A stretch of DNA of 38,484 nucleotides from Bacteroidales bacterium (GCA_007135645.1 SLIL01000158.1:1-38484), one strand, 5' to 3'; shown: positions 28,652 through 37,397, counted from the stretch's first letter. Numbers and translations: made by a program. Notes: a model not told the origin generated them from the sequence alone.

Positions 28652-30292
28652 TCAAAACATAAATTTGGTGCCCACCATTATTGAACTTCCGGTACGGCCT
28701 GTAAAGATGTCGTCCCATGGGCGCGGAGCGAAATTAGCTCCTTCGCTTTCGGCATCTGTAACAAAAACATAATTCCCAATACCCATGATCAACTGGAAGT
28801 TATGGGTCAGATTCATTGCCAGATTAACTCCTGGTTTCACATAGTAAGCTCTTATGGCATTATCTTCGGAAAAGTCATCGTTGGAAGCACTTTCCAGGCC
28901 AAACCCCGCATAGGGCCGCAACTCCATATTACGGGTAAGCTGCATCCCTTTGGCAAGCCCACCGGAAACACTGAGTAAAGTAAAGTTTTTATCGGAAACA
29001 AACCTGTTATATCCACTGCCAACGCCCAGATCAACATACACAAACAACGCCCTGATGCCGGTAAGCCTTCCTGTGCGGTAATCAAGCCTTGAGTAGAAGC
29101 CTTCCAGCCCGCCAACTTCACCTCCCAGGGTAATCTCAAACCCCATGTCGTTGCGTTGCACAATGGTATATCCCTGCTCCAGCCTTCGCCCTGCAACCTG
29201 GTAGAACTGCGAAGTACCCATATCGCCGTATGCTTCATGGCGGTTATCGTGAATCCTGGAGCTACGTCCTGCCCTTATCACACCTCTTCTCACTGGCTCA
29301 ACAGTATTGGTCCGCCGGTTGTAAACATGCTCATAAACAAAGAAGCGATAGTCCGTTCTTAATCCTTCCTTTAGTCCAATTTTAGCCCTGGGCGGTCTGC
29401 GTTCATAGAGTGGAGTTACCACTTTAAATGCTTCTACCCTTCTCTCCAGCTCAAAGATCACATCCTCATAAGCTTTCTGAACCAGCTCCTGCAAAAGCTG
29501 ATCTTCTGATTTGGTGCCTAAGCGGCGTGTCTGGGTGCTGTTTACTGTAGAGGGCAGCACCAGGGATACATTAGCCACGTGCTCCAGGGGAAACTCCATA
29601 GAATCAAAGGCTTCCCGTTTCTGCCGTTTCACTTCCGGGCTGTCGTCTTCATAGATCCAAGTTTCATACAAGGCATAGCGCACCTCATCATTAAAATCTA
29701 CCCGGTACAGGTGGGCTGACATTTGGGCTGTCCATCCGCGTAGGGTGCTTGCGTTCTCGGTTTCACTCATGTTTCTGATATTGCGCAGATCAATAATCAG
29801 CACAAAACTTTTATTTACCAGTTCATTGCCCATATCCTGCAGAGCCGCATCACCCCTGCTGGTGGAAGAGGCAGCAAAATAATCGGCATCTGTGGCTGCA
29901 AACCGCCCTCTCTGGTGCACAAGCTCCATGTCCATGGTCCCGTCAGCCTGGCGGTTGTACCATTTTGCAATCACCTTTCTGCCAACATCCAGTTTCTTCA
30001 GATCATTCAGGAAAGCATCCTCCACATCGGCGGGCATCCTGAGGTTATCCCTGGAGAAACCCGGCCGTAAAAAGAGGGTCTCCAGGTTATGATTGTCAAA
30101 TTTATCAGAGAATTCAATTTGGGAGATCTTTTCCCGGGTTCGCGACCAGTGATTCGCACCGGGATAGTCCACAAAGAAAACAGTTACCGAATTACGGGTA
30201 TAAGATTCAGGCAGTACCGATGAAAAAAGCTTTTGGGAGAAGGTCGGATAACATAACAATACAATAATGATGAAAAGTTTAAAATTCTTCAT
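28652..30292 (-). CDS. Secreted multidomain protein with a C-terminal outer-membrane beta-barrel
   Basis: Signal peptide; last ~165 aa are amphipathic strands ending GTKFMF; middle motif AKIGLKEGLRTDYRFFVYE. Confidence 0.8.
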   Translation of the reverse strand: MKNFKLFIIIVLLCYPTFSQKLFSSVLPESYTRNSVTVFFVDYPGANHWSRTREKISQIEFSDKFDNHNLETLFLRPGFSRDNLRMPADVEDAFLNDLKKLDVGRKVIAKWYNRQADGTMDMELVHQRGRFAATDADYFAASSTSRGDAALQDMGNELVNKSFVLIIDLRNIRNMSETENASTLRGWTAQMSAHLYRVDFNDEVRYALYETWIYEDDSPEVKRQKREAFDSMEFPLEHVANVSLVLPSTVNSTQTRRLGTKSEDQLLQELVQKAYEDVIFELERRVEAFKVVTPLYERRPPRAKIGLKEGLRTDYRFFVYEHVYNRRTNTVEPVRRGVIRAGRSSRIHDNRHEAYGDMGTSQFYQVAGRRLEQGYTIVQRNDMGFEITLGGEVGGLEGFYSRLDYRTGRLTGIRALFVYVDLGVGSGYNRFVSDKNFTLLSVSGGLAKGMQLTRNMELRPYAGFGLESASNDDFSEDNAIRAYYVKPGVNLAMNLTHNFQLIMGIGNYVFVTDAESEGANFAPRPWDDIFTGRTGSSIMVGTKFMF

Positions 30293-30396
30293 AATTAGTC
30301 CTTTTGTTTTGGTAGTTGAAGCAGTAAAATTAACAAACTCATCATATATAAGCTGGATGTTTATCTAAATAAACACTCCATTTACAGATGACCGAA

Positions 30397-30404
30397 CAAA
30401 TATA
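30397..30404 (-). promoter_or_regulatory. Putative -7 element (TATATTTG) for the six-gene cluster
   Basis: TAnnTTTG about 105 nt upstream of the ATG at 30292. Confidence 0.5.
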
Positions 30405-30665
30405 TAAAAAAACGTTAACGAAACAGCCCCAAATCTGATTTTTTTTGTCATTTTTCAATAATTTTTTTTCAAAATTAACCAGACGTGACCGATAAATTTG
30501 CTGGGATTTAGCATAATTGCTTCTTTAGGGTCTGTTTTGAAAATCTGTGATATTTCAAAACACTGGCAGGAAAATTGTAAAGTAAGGCATGAGAATAAAA
30601 TGAGCTATTTCAGAACAATAACTCTGACCTGCAGCAACAAACCAACAATAAGAATAAAAAAAACG

Positions 30666-30673
30666 TAATTTTG
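30666..30673 (+). promoter_or_regulatory. Putative -7 element (TAATTTTG) for the 30796-nadE unit
   Basis: TAnnTTTG about 120 nt upstream of the ATG at 30796. Confidence 0.45.
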
Positions 30674-30681
30674 TTTTTCTT

Positions 30682-30713
30682 TAAAAGTAAGCATCCATAA
30701 AAGTAAGCATCCA
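30682..30713 (+). repeat. Perfect 16-bp tandem duplication
   Basis: TAAAAGTAAGCATCCA x2. Confidence 0.9.
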
Positions 30714-30795
30714 AAAGACAAAGAATACTTTCATAGGATAACCGAATAATATACAGACAACCATTTAAAATGCGCAAATCTTAAAAAAACAAGAC

Positions 30796-31275
30796 ATGAA
30801 GAAAAAATCTTTTTTATCAGTATTGATGATGCTATTGATAGTGTCAGCCGGAATAGCCCAGGATTCAAGAGCTTTGCGTGCCGCAAGAATGAGCTTTAAC
30901 TCCGCTGAAAGGAACTACAGCAGAGGCAATTACCAGGAAGCAGCCCGTGAGTATGAGATCGTTATTAATACCATACCAGCCAATACAGACTCCAGAAGGC
31001 ACCTGGAAATGCGTCTTGAAAGCCTGATAGCCATGGTGGACATCCATTTTTACCGTTTTATCAATATTTCTAATGCCTGCCAGTACATGCATATGTATTT
31101 TGAGAACATGAACACAATCCGCAACAGTGGTACCTTACGCGCCTCTTCCCTCAGAGATTTCCAGAGAAAAGAACAGGAGTTCAGATCGGAACATGCTACC
31201 AAGTGCGACAGTTATCAAAACATCCATAGAGACATGGAGGAGTTCAGAAAGCGGTTTGAAGAGGAATTTGAATAA
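30796..31275 (+). CDS. Secreted helical, TPR-like hypothetical protein
   Basis: Signal GIA-Q; FNSAERNYSRGNYQEAAREYEIVI is TPR-like; two Cys. Confidence 0.75.
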   Translation: MKKKSFLSVLMMLLIVSAGIAQDSRALRAARMSFNSAERNYSRGNYQEAAREYEIVINTIPANTDSRRHLEMRLESLIAMVDIHFYRFINISNACQYMHMYFENMNTIRNSGTLRASSLRDFQRKEQEFRSEHATKCDSYQNIHRDMEEFRKRFEEEFE

Positions 31276-31325
31276 GCAAAATCGAGGTAACCAGCCAAAT
31301 ACATTTTTTAAAATACCCTGCGAAT

Positions 31326-32972
31326 ATGAAGATAGCACTGGCACAAAACAACTATCATATTGGAAATTTTGAATACAATACAGAAAAAATAATCAACAGA
31401 ATACAACGTGCAAAGGAGCAGGGTGCAGACCTGGTGGTCTTTTCAGAACTCAGTGTATGTGGCTATCCTTCGGGCGACTTTCTGGAGTTTACAGACTATA
31501 TCAACCAGTGTTATGCCTCACTGGACAAAATCAAAGCGCACTGCAGTGGCATTGCTGCCATTGTTGGTGCACCCGACCGTAATGTATCCCCAAAGGGGAA
31601 GCCCCTTTACAATGCAGCCTTCTTTCTTGAAAACCAGGAAATAAAGCAGGTATACCGAAAAGGGCTTTTACCCAATTACGACATCTTTGATGAGTACCGT
31701 TATTTTGAACCTGCTACGGAGTTCAGTATCCTGGAGTTTAAGGGAAAGAAGATTGCCCTTACCATTTGCGAAGACCTGTGGAACCTCAACGATAATCCGC
31801 TTTATACCGGTAACCCCATGGAAACTCTTGCCCGCCAGGGGGCCAGCCTGATGATCAACATTGCCGCATCGCCCTTTGCCTGGAATCATGGCAATGAACG
31901 GAAAAAGATGCTCAGCGAAAATTCAAGGACCTATCATCTGCCCATGATCTATGTAAACCAGGTAGGGGCGCAAACCGAGCTGGTCTTCGACGGGGGTTCA
32001 ATGGTTTTTAACCAAAACGGGCAAATTGTTGAGGAGATGAACTACTTCGAAGAAGATTTCCTGATCACCGATCTGGAGCTAATTGGAAGAAAAAGCGGAT
32101 ATACCCCTGCATACCAGGAAGAAAACCCTGACAAGATCCATGATATCTATGAAGCAGTAAAGCTGGGCATAAAAGACTATTTCAGCAAAATGGGATTCAG
32201 CAAAGCCATTCTTGGTTTGTCGGGGGGAATTGATTCAGCTGTAACCATGGCCATTGCAGCAGATGCACTGGGAGCTGAAAATGTACTGGGTGTTTTGATG
32301 CCATCTGCATTCAGCTCTGATCATTCGGTGAATGATGCCCGCGAACTTGCGGAAAACCTTAACTGCCCGTACAAGATCATTCCCATAAAAGAAACCACTG
32401 AACTATTTGAAAAGAGTCTCGCACCCTGGTTTAAGGGGCTGGAATTTGATGTGACAGAAGAAAACATACAGGCCCGTGCCCGCGCTGTTTATCTGATGGC
32501 GCTCTCCAATAAATTCGGTTATGTGTTGATGAATACTTCCAACAAAAGTGAGGCTGCCGTTGGATATGGAACCCTTTACGGAGACATGTGTGGCGGCCTT
32601 TCGGTACTGGGAGATGTGTATAAAACAGATGTGTTTGCGCTGGCCAGGTACATCAACAGAAATAAGGAAATAATCCCCGTAAATTCTATCCTTAAGCCGC
32701 CATCGGCAGAATTGAGACCCAACCAGAAAGACTCAGACTCATTACCCGAATATGATATCCTTGACAAAATTCTTTATCAATACATTGAGTTGAGAAAAGG
32801 AGCGAAAGAAATCATTGCCATGGGTTTTGACAGCGCACTCACCCAGCGAACCCTCAAGCTGGTGAATACCAGCGAATATAAACGACACCAGACGGCGCCG
32901 GTGATCCGGGTCAGCAGTAAAGCTTTTGGTATGGGCCGAAAAATGCCCATTGTTGCAAAGTATCCGGGTTGA
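31326..32972 (+). CDS. nadE: Glutamine-dependent NAD+ synthetase
   Basis: Nitrilase domain (FSEL, KGLLPNY, ICEDLW) plus synthetase motifs GLSGGIDS, ENIQARAR, NKSE, PPSAEL. Confidence 0.98.
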   Translation: MKIALAQNNYHIGNFEYNTEKIINRIQRAKEQGADLVVFSELSVCGYPSGDFLEFTDYINQCYASLDKIKAHCSGIAAIVGAPDRNVSPKGKPLYNAAFFLENQEIKQVYRKGLLPNYDIFDEYRYFEPATEFSILEFKGKKIALTICEDLWNLNDNPLYTGNPMETLARQGASLMINIAASPFAWNHGNERKKMLSENSRTYHLPMIYVNQVGAQTELVFDGGSMVFNQNGQIVEEMNYFEEDFLITDLELIGRKSGYTPAYQEENPDKIHDIYEAVKLGIKDYFSKMGFSKAILGLSGGIDSAVTMAIAADALGAENVLGVLMPSAFSSDHSVNDARELAENLNCPYKIIPIKETTELFEKSLAPWFKGLEFDVTEENIQARARAVYLMALSNKFGYVLMNTSNKSEAAVGYGTLYGDMCGGLSVLGDVYKTDVFALARYINRNKEIIPVNSILKPPSAELRPNQKDSDSLPEYDILDKILYQYIELRKGAKEIIAMGFDSALTQRTLKLVNTSEYKRHQTAPVIRVSSKAFGMGRKMPIVAKYPG

Positions 32973-33033
32973 AGCCGGAAGTCGAAGGTCGGGAGCCGAA
33001 AGCCTGAAGTTGAAACCCGGAAACTGGAAGTAA
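32971..33033 (+). repeat. Degenerate heptamer tandem array, 9 units (consensus ~GAAGYYG)
   Basis: gaagccg gaagtcg aaggtcg ggagccg aaagcct gaagttg aaacccg gaaactg gaagtaa, starting within the nadE stop codon. Confidence 0.85.
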
Positions 33034-33127
33034 TTCCACACTGGATTCAAGTCACTGGCATACCTTTTAGTTCTCAGAATCCAAAAACACCCATACAAAT
33101 GAATTAATTGTCGACTAATACATAAAT

Positions 33128-33159
33128 TTTGCAAGCCAATTTATTTTTTGTTATTTTTG
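33128..33159 (+). promoter_or_regulatory. Bacteroidota sigma-A promoter (-33 TTTG, 20-nt spacer, -7 TATTTTTG)
   Basis: TTTG at 33128-33131 and TATTTTTG at 33152-33159, upstream of the ATG at 33234. Confidence 0.65.
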
Positions 33160-33233
33160 CAAAATATTTTGAATACCGACCCCGGTTCAGGGTCAATATC
33201 TTAACTATTTTTTTTTAACCAAAACGTAATAAC

Positions 33234-34640
33234 ATGACTAAAAAAACAAAAGGGGGATTTTTAGGCATAATGATGCCTTTAATCCTTGCAATGGCAGTTT
33301 TCGTTTCCTGCGACGATGACAGCTCCAAACCCAAAGAAGTGGATATCAAAGGGGTAGCTTTTGATGCCATTAGTTTTTCTAACCTTACAGGTGCACTGGT
33401 AACCCTGGAACCTGCAGAGGGTACCAAAGCAGATGCATCGGTTACCGGAGGCATTCAAACAACTGTAGATGACAACGGGGAGTACATCTTCAAAGATGTT
33501 AAAATTGGAACCTACAACCTCTACATTGAAATGGACGGGTATAAATCAATGTTTTCCAACAATGTAGATCTTGGTTACGGAGAAGCTTATGTTGCTTTTT
33601 TGCCGGTAACCAATGACATCACAACCCCTGTGGGAGGCATTACCGGGGTGGTACTGGATAAGGACGGGAAAGTTGTACCCAATGCCAACATTGCTATCAG
33701 TGCCCAGAACGAAGCCATCACCAATGGTTATTTCTCATCTGCAACCACCAACCAGTATGGTCAGTTTTTCATTGGTGCTGTTCCTCTCCAGAGCACGCAG
33801 GAATTTAAAGTAAGATGCATGGCCAGTGGTTTTGACACACAGGTTATCCAGAATATCAATATGCTCCAGAACGAAATGGTTGTGGTTTATTTCCAGCTAA
33901 ACAAGGCTACCCCTGCAACTGTGATCTTCAGTGAAGGGTTTGAAAGCAGTACTTCTGACTGGGAAATGACCGGTTTCTGGCATGTGCAGCAGAATGCCGA
34001 CATTTACAACCAGGCCTATCCTGACTATGTAAACCTTGCCCCCAATGATGCTTCTGAGGGACGGATACCCAATGCTTTTGAAGGAAGCAGAATGGCATGG
34101 TATGGTGAAGCTGAAACGGGCAATTTTATGGGAACACAAAGCCCTGGCGACAGCCCCGGATCGGGAGGTACCAGCACGACCTTTAATTACGGAAGTATGA
34201 TCTCACCAGAGATAAACCTTTCAGGCCAGAATGTGGCAAGCGTCAATTTCTGGTCGTGGTTTGAGATTGAAAGTGTCAATCCCAACCAGTATGGTTATGA
34301 CCTGATGGAGATATACGTGCTGGACAACGATGGCGATGATCATCTTCTGGGCAAACTTAACCCCTACACTGACCCCTTACTGCCTGATAGAAAGGCAATT
34401 CCATTCACATCAGGAGGATTTAACCAGGCCCCGGTATGGAAGTATGAAGAATTTGACCTTTCAGCGTTTGTGGGAACGACCATACGGCTGGAGTTCAGGT
34501 TTGACACACGTGATCATCTTTACAATGGGTTCAGGGGATGGTTTGTGGACGAGATCAATGTAGTGGATAAAGCCGCATCGGAAGAAACCAAGTCATCATT
34601 TGATGCCACAAGACCTTTGATGCAAAGGGGACAAAACTAA
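33234..34640 (+). CDS. Surface lipoprotein: two carboxypeptidase-regulatory-like domains plus a jelly-roll (MAM/cleaved-adhesin-like) domain
   Basis: Lipobox FVS-C26 then DDDSSK; TTVDDNGEY and TTNQYGQF; IFSEGFE, MISPEINLSG, FDLSAFVGTTIRLEFRF, GWFVDEI. Confidence 0.85.
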   Translation: MTKKTKGGFLGIMMPLILAMAVFVSCDDDSSKPKEVDIKGVAFDAISFSNLTGALVTLEPAEGTKADASVTGGIQTTVDDNGEYIFKDVKIGTYNLYIEMDGYKSMFSNNVDLGYGEAYVAFLPVTNDITTPVGGITGVVLDKDGKVVPNANIAISAQNEAITNGYFSSATTNQYGQFFIGAVPLQSTQEFKVRCMASGFDTQVIQNINMLQNEMVVVYFQLNKATPATVIFSEGFESSTSDWEMTGFWHVQQNADIYNQAYPDYVNLAPNDASEGRIPNAFEGSRMAWYGEAETGNFMGTQSPGDSPGSGGTSTTFNYGSMISPEINLSGQNVASVNFWSWFEIESVNPNQYGYDLMEIYVLDNDGDDHLLGKLNPYTDPLLPDRKAIPFTSGGFNQAPVWKYEEFDLSAFVGTTIRLEFRFDTRDHLYNGFRGWFVDEINVVDKAASEETKSSFDATRPLMQRGQN

Positions 34641-34666
34641 AAGATCCGGTTAAAGTATAAATTACA

Positions 34667-34706
34667 AGAGGCTGTCTCAGGCATTCATGAGACAGCCTCT
34701 GTTTTT
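34667..34706 (+). terminator. Intrinsic terminator (13-bp perfect stem), probably bidirectional
   Basis: AGAGGCTGTCTCA-ggcattca-TGAGACAGCCTCT-gTTTTT between convergent genes. Confidence 0.85.
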
Positions 34707-34775
34707 AAATTATCTATTCCTGCCTGTTTGTAACTAAGGCCTACAAGGCTATAAGGCTGGAATAGCAGCCAGGTG

Positions 34776-35036
34776 TTATTGCATATTCATATTGATGGCC
34801 TCCACTGATTTTACCTCAGGGATAGCTTTTTTCATGGCTTGTTCAACACCAGCCTTAAGGGTCATAGTACTCATGGGGCATGATCCACAGGCACCCAGTA
34901 GTTCTACATTAACAACATTCTCTTCAGTGATATCCACAAAGCGAATGTTTCCGCCGTCAGCCTGAAGGTAGGGGCGAATCTGATCGATAACACCTTCAAC
35001 TCTGCGAATTAAATCAGCATTTTGATCATTGGTCAT
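34776..35036 (-). CDS. NifU/NfuA-type Fe-S carrier (single Nfu domain)
   Basis: IRPYLQADGG, GACGSCPMSTMTLKAGVE. Confidence 0.95.
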   Translation of the reverse strand: MTNDQNADLIRRVEGVIDQIRPYLQADGGNIRFVDITEENVVNVELLGACGSCPMSTMTLKAGVEQAMKKAIPEVKSVEAINMNMQ

Positions 35037-35079
35037 AGGAAATCGGATTTAAGAATTCATATAAAAGGTTAACTGTTCT

Positions 35080-36174
35080 CTAATTGTTTAACAAGGCTTT
35101 CTTTTTATCTTTTTTGATCCATTCAATTTCATGGATAAGGTTCTCAGCAATTCCCTCAAAGAACTTTCCAGCAGGGTTATTGCTGTTCAATACAGCAGGA
35201 TGTCCTTTGTCTCCTGATTCACGAACTCCCTGTATAAGTGGAATTTCTCCAAGGAAAGGAACATCCATTTCTTCAGCCAGTTTCCGGCATCCTCCCTGCC
35301 CGAAAATATAGTAACGATTCTCTGGTAGCTCAGCCGGGGTAAACCACGCCATATTTTCAATCATTCCCAGAATCTTCACCCCTACTTTGGGGTTGTCGAA
35401 CATGGAAACCGCTTTTCTTGCATCAGCAAGAGCCACTTCCTGGGGAGTACTTACTACTACAATCCCCGACAATTTAAGGGTTTGCACAATAGACAGGTGA
35501 ATATCACCGGTGCCTGGCGGGAGGTCAATTATAAGATAGTCAAGCGCACCCCATTTCACATCTGTAAACAGCTGCTTCAATGCCCCGGATGCCATGGGTC
35601 CGCGCCATATCAATGCCCGTGAAGCATCTACAAAAAAGCCAATAGACATAATAGAAATGCCATATTGCTTAAGGGGCAACACTGTTACTTTGCCATTCTC
35701 TTCTACAGATGTTAATTCTTTATCAGCTGCATCAAACATCAGGGGTATGGATGGGCCGTAAATATCGGCATCAACGAGCCCTACGCTGGCTCCTTTTGCA
35801 GCAAGGGATAGAGCCAGATTGGATGCAACGGTGGATTTTCCCACCCCACCCTTGCCGCTGGCAACAGCAATCACATGCTGCACGTCAGGCAACAAATCAT
35901 TCTTTACGCCAACTTCTACCTTACGGCTGGGCGACTGGAAAACTATTTCTGATTCTGTCTGATCCCCGAAATGCTCCTTTATGGCCTTTATACATGCCCT
36001 GCGCAGTCCTTCCTTATATGGACAATTGGGAGAGGGTAGCACCAGTGTAAAAGAGACCTTGTTTGCTTCCACCTGCAGTTCTTTGATCATTTCAAGGGTA
36101 ACCAGATCCTTCTTTTTTTCCGGCTCAATTACCTTTGAAAGCGCAACAAGCACATTATCAATACTTAAGGTCAT
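35080..36174 (-). CDS. apbC: Mrp/ApbC (NBP35-family) Fe-S carrier ATPase with N-terminal DUF59-like domain
   Basis: ASGKGGVGKST, DADIYGPS, WRGPM, DLPPGTGD, ENM. Confidence 0.93.
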   Translation of the reverse strand: MTLSIDNVLVALSKVIEPEKKKDLVTLEMIKELQVEANKVSFTLVLPSPNCPYKEGLRRACIKAIKEHFGDQTESEIVFQSPSRKVEVGVKNDLLPDVQHVIAVASGKGGVGKSTVASNLALSLAAKGASVGLVDADIYGPSIPLMFDAADKELTSVEENGKVTVLPLKQYGISIMSIGFFVDASRALIWRGPMASGALKQLFTDVKWGALDYLIIDLPPGTGDIHLSIVQTLKLSGIVVVSTPQEVALADARKAVSMFDNPKVGVKILGMIENMAWFTPAELPENRYYIFGQGGCRKLAEEMDVPFLGEIPLIQGVRESGDKGHPAVLNSNNPAGKFFEGIAENLIHEIEWIKKDKKKALLNN

Positions 36175-36331
36175 TATCTTTATTTAGATTAAATACAGGT
36201 AAAGGTACAACTTTTTTAAGTTGTAACAAAATAAACAATATGGTTTAACGATTCATGGGGATTTTGCACATAGCAATCAACCTCTGGAAATCAGAAGGAG
36301 GAAAAGTAAGAAACTGCTGCTGGTCTGATGA

Positions 36332-36664
36332 TCAGATGCGCAATTCAACGGAAGGGTCCCAGAATATTCCGGAGAAGTTTTTTACACAATCATCCACCAC
36401 TTCTATCCCCTCATTCTCCAGCAGCTGCTGCATAATATCGGGGGATCCGAAATGATGTTTCCCGGTTAACATCCCTTTGCGGTTTACTACCCTGTGGGCA
36501 GGAATGGAAGGATCGTAGGAGTGTGAATTGTTCATTGCCCAGCCTACCATGCGTGATGAGCCGGCAGCACCAAGGTACCGTGCAACAGCACCATAGGAGG
36601 TTACCCTGCCATAGGGTATTTTCTTTACCACTTCGTATACACGCACAAAAAAAGACTCTTCCAT
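36332..36664 (-). CDS. Alkyltransferase-like (ATL/MGMT family) DNA-binding protein
   Basis: IPYGRVTSYG, RMVGWAM, and PAHRVV in place of catalytic PCHRV. Confidence 0.9.
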   Translation of the reverse strand: MEESFFVRVYEVVKKIPYGRVTSYGAVARYLGAAGSSRMVGWAMNNSHSYDPSIPAHRVVNRKGMLTGKHHFGSPDIMQQLLENEGIEVVDDCVKNFSGIFWDPSVELRI

Positions 36665-36680
36665 AAGATCGGGCTACTTA

Positions 36681-37361
36681 TTAATCTATTGGCTTAAGAG
36701 AAAACTGCACAAAGCAGATCTTGTCGCCCTGCTCCAGAAATATCTTTTCATAATAGGTTTGAATACTGAGTATAGTGGGATCAATCTGCGAAGGATTGCC
36801 ATACAGATCATCGGTAGCAAAGATAAGCTGGTATCCTTCCTGCTCTATGATGCTGAGTGTGTAATCGTATAAAAGCCTGTTGTCTGTTTTCAGATAAACG
36901 GGAGCACCTGACTTGAGGAATGTTCTGTACATATTGAGAAAGCGAGGAGATGTTAATCGCTTTCGTTCTCTTCGCTTGCTTGGATGAGGATCAGGGAAGG
37001 TGATCCAGATGCCGTTTACCTCATCTTTGCCAAAGAAGCAATCCAGCTGCTCTGCCTGAATCCTGAGAAACCCTGCATTATTGAGAGCATTTTCCAATGC
37101 ATACTTTGCACCTGTCCAGATGCGGTTGCCTTTGATGTCAATTCCGATAAAGTTTTTGTCGGGCCAGGCAGTGGCCATTCCGGTGGTGTACTCTCCCTTG
37201 CCGCATCCTATTTCGAGAATAACAGGACAGGCATTATAAAAAAACTTTTGCCGCCATTGTCCCTTGATCGGATGATCCGTTGCCGGATAGCGATACCCGG
37301 GTTGAACAACGTTGGCAAAAGAATTTATCTCAGAAAACTTTCGTTGTTTGTTTTTTGGCAC
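36681..37361 (-). CDS. trmB: tRNA (guanine-N7)-methyltransferase (GTG start)
   Basis: LEIGCGKGEY, GIDIKG, ITFPDP, LKTD, QTYYE. Confidence 0.96.
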   Translation of the reverse strand: MPKNKQRKFSEINSFANVVQPGYRYPATDHPIKGQWRQKFFYNACPVILEIGCGKGEYTTGMATAWPDKNFIGIDIKGNRIWTGAKYALENALNNAGFLRIQAEQLDCFFGKDEVNGIWITFPDPHPSKRRERKRLTSPRFLNMYRTFLKSGAPVYLKTDNRLLYDYTLSIIEQEGYQLIFATDDLYGNPSQIDPTILSIQTYYEKIFLEQGDKICFVQFSLKPID

Positions 37362-37397
37362 CTGTAAAACCTCAGATTAGCAATAAACATTTAACAA

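Noticed and set aside
34667-34700. Palindrome as an insertion-sequence remnant
   Set aside because: Arms are reminiscent of IS-like ends, but there is no transposase or target duplication; position and T-tract fit a terminator.
34736-34760. Three short AAGGC repeats
   Set aside because: Too short and irregular to separate from chance.
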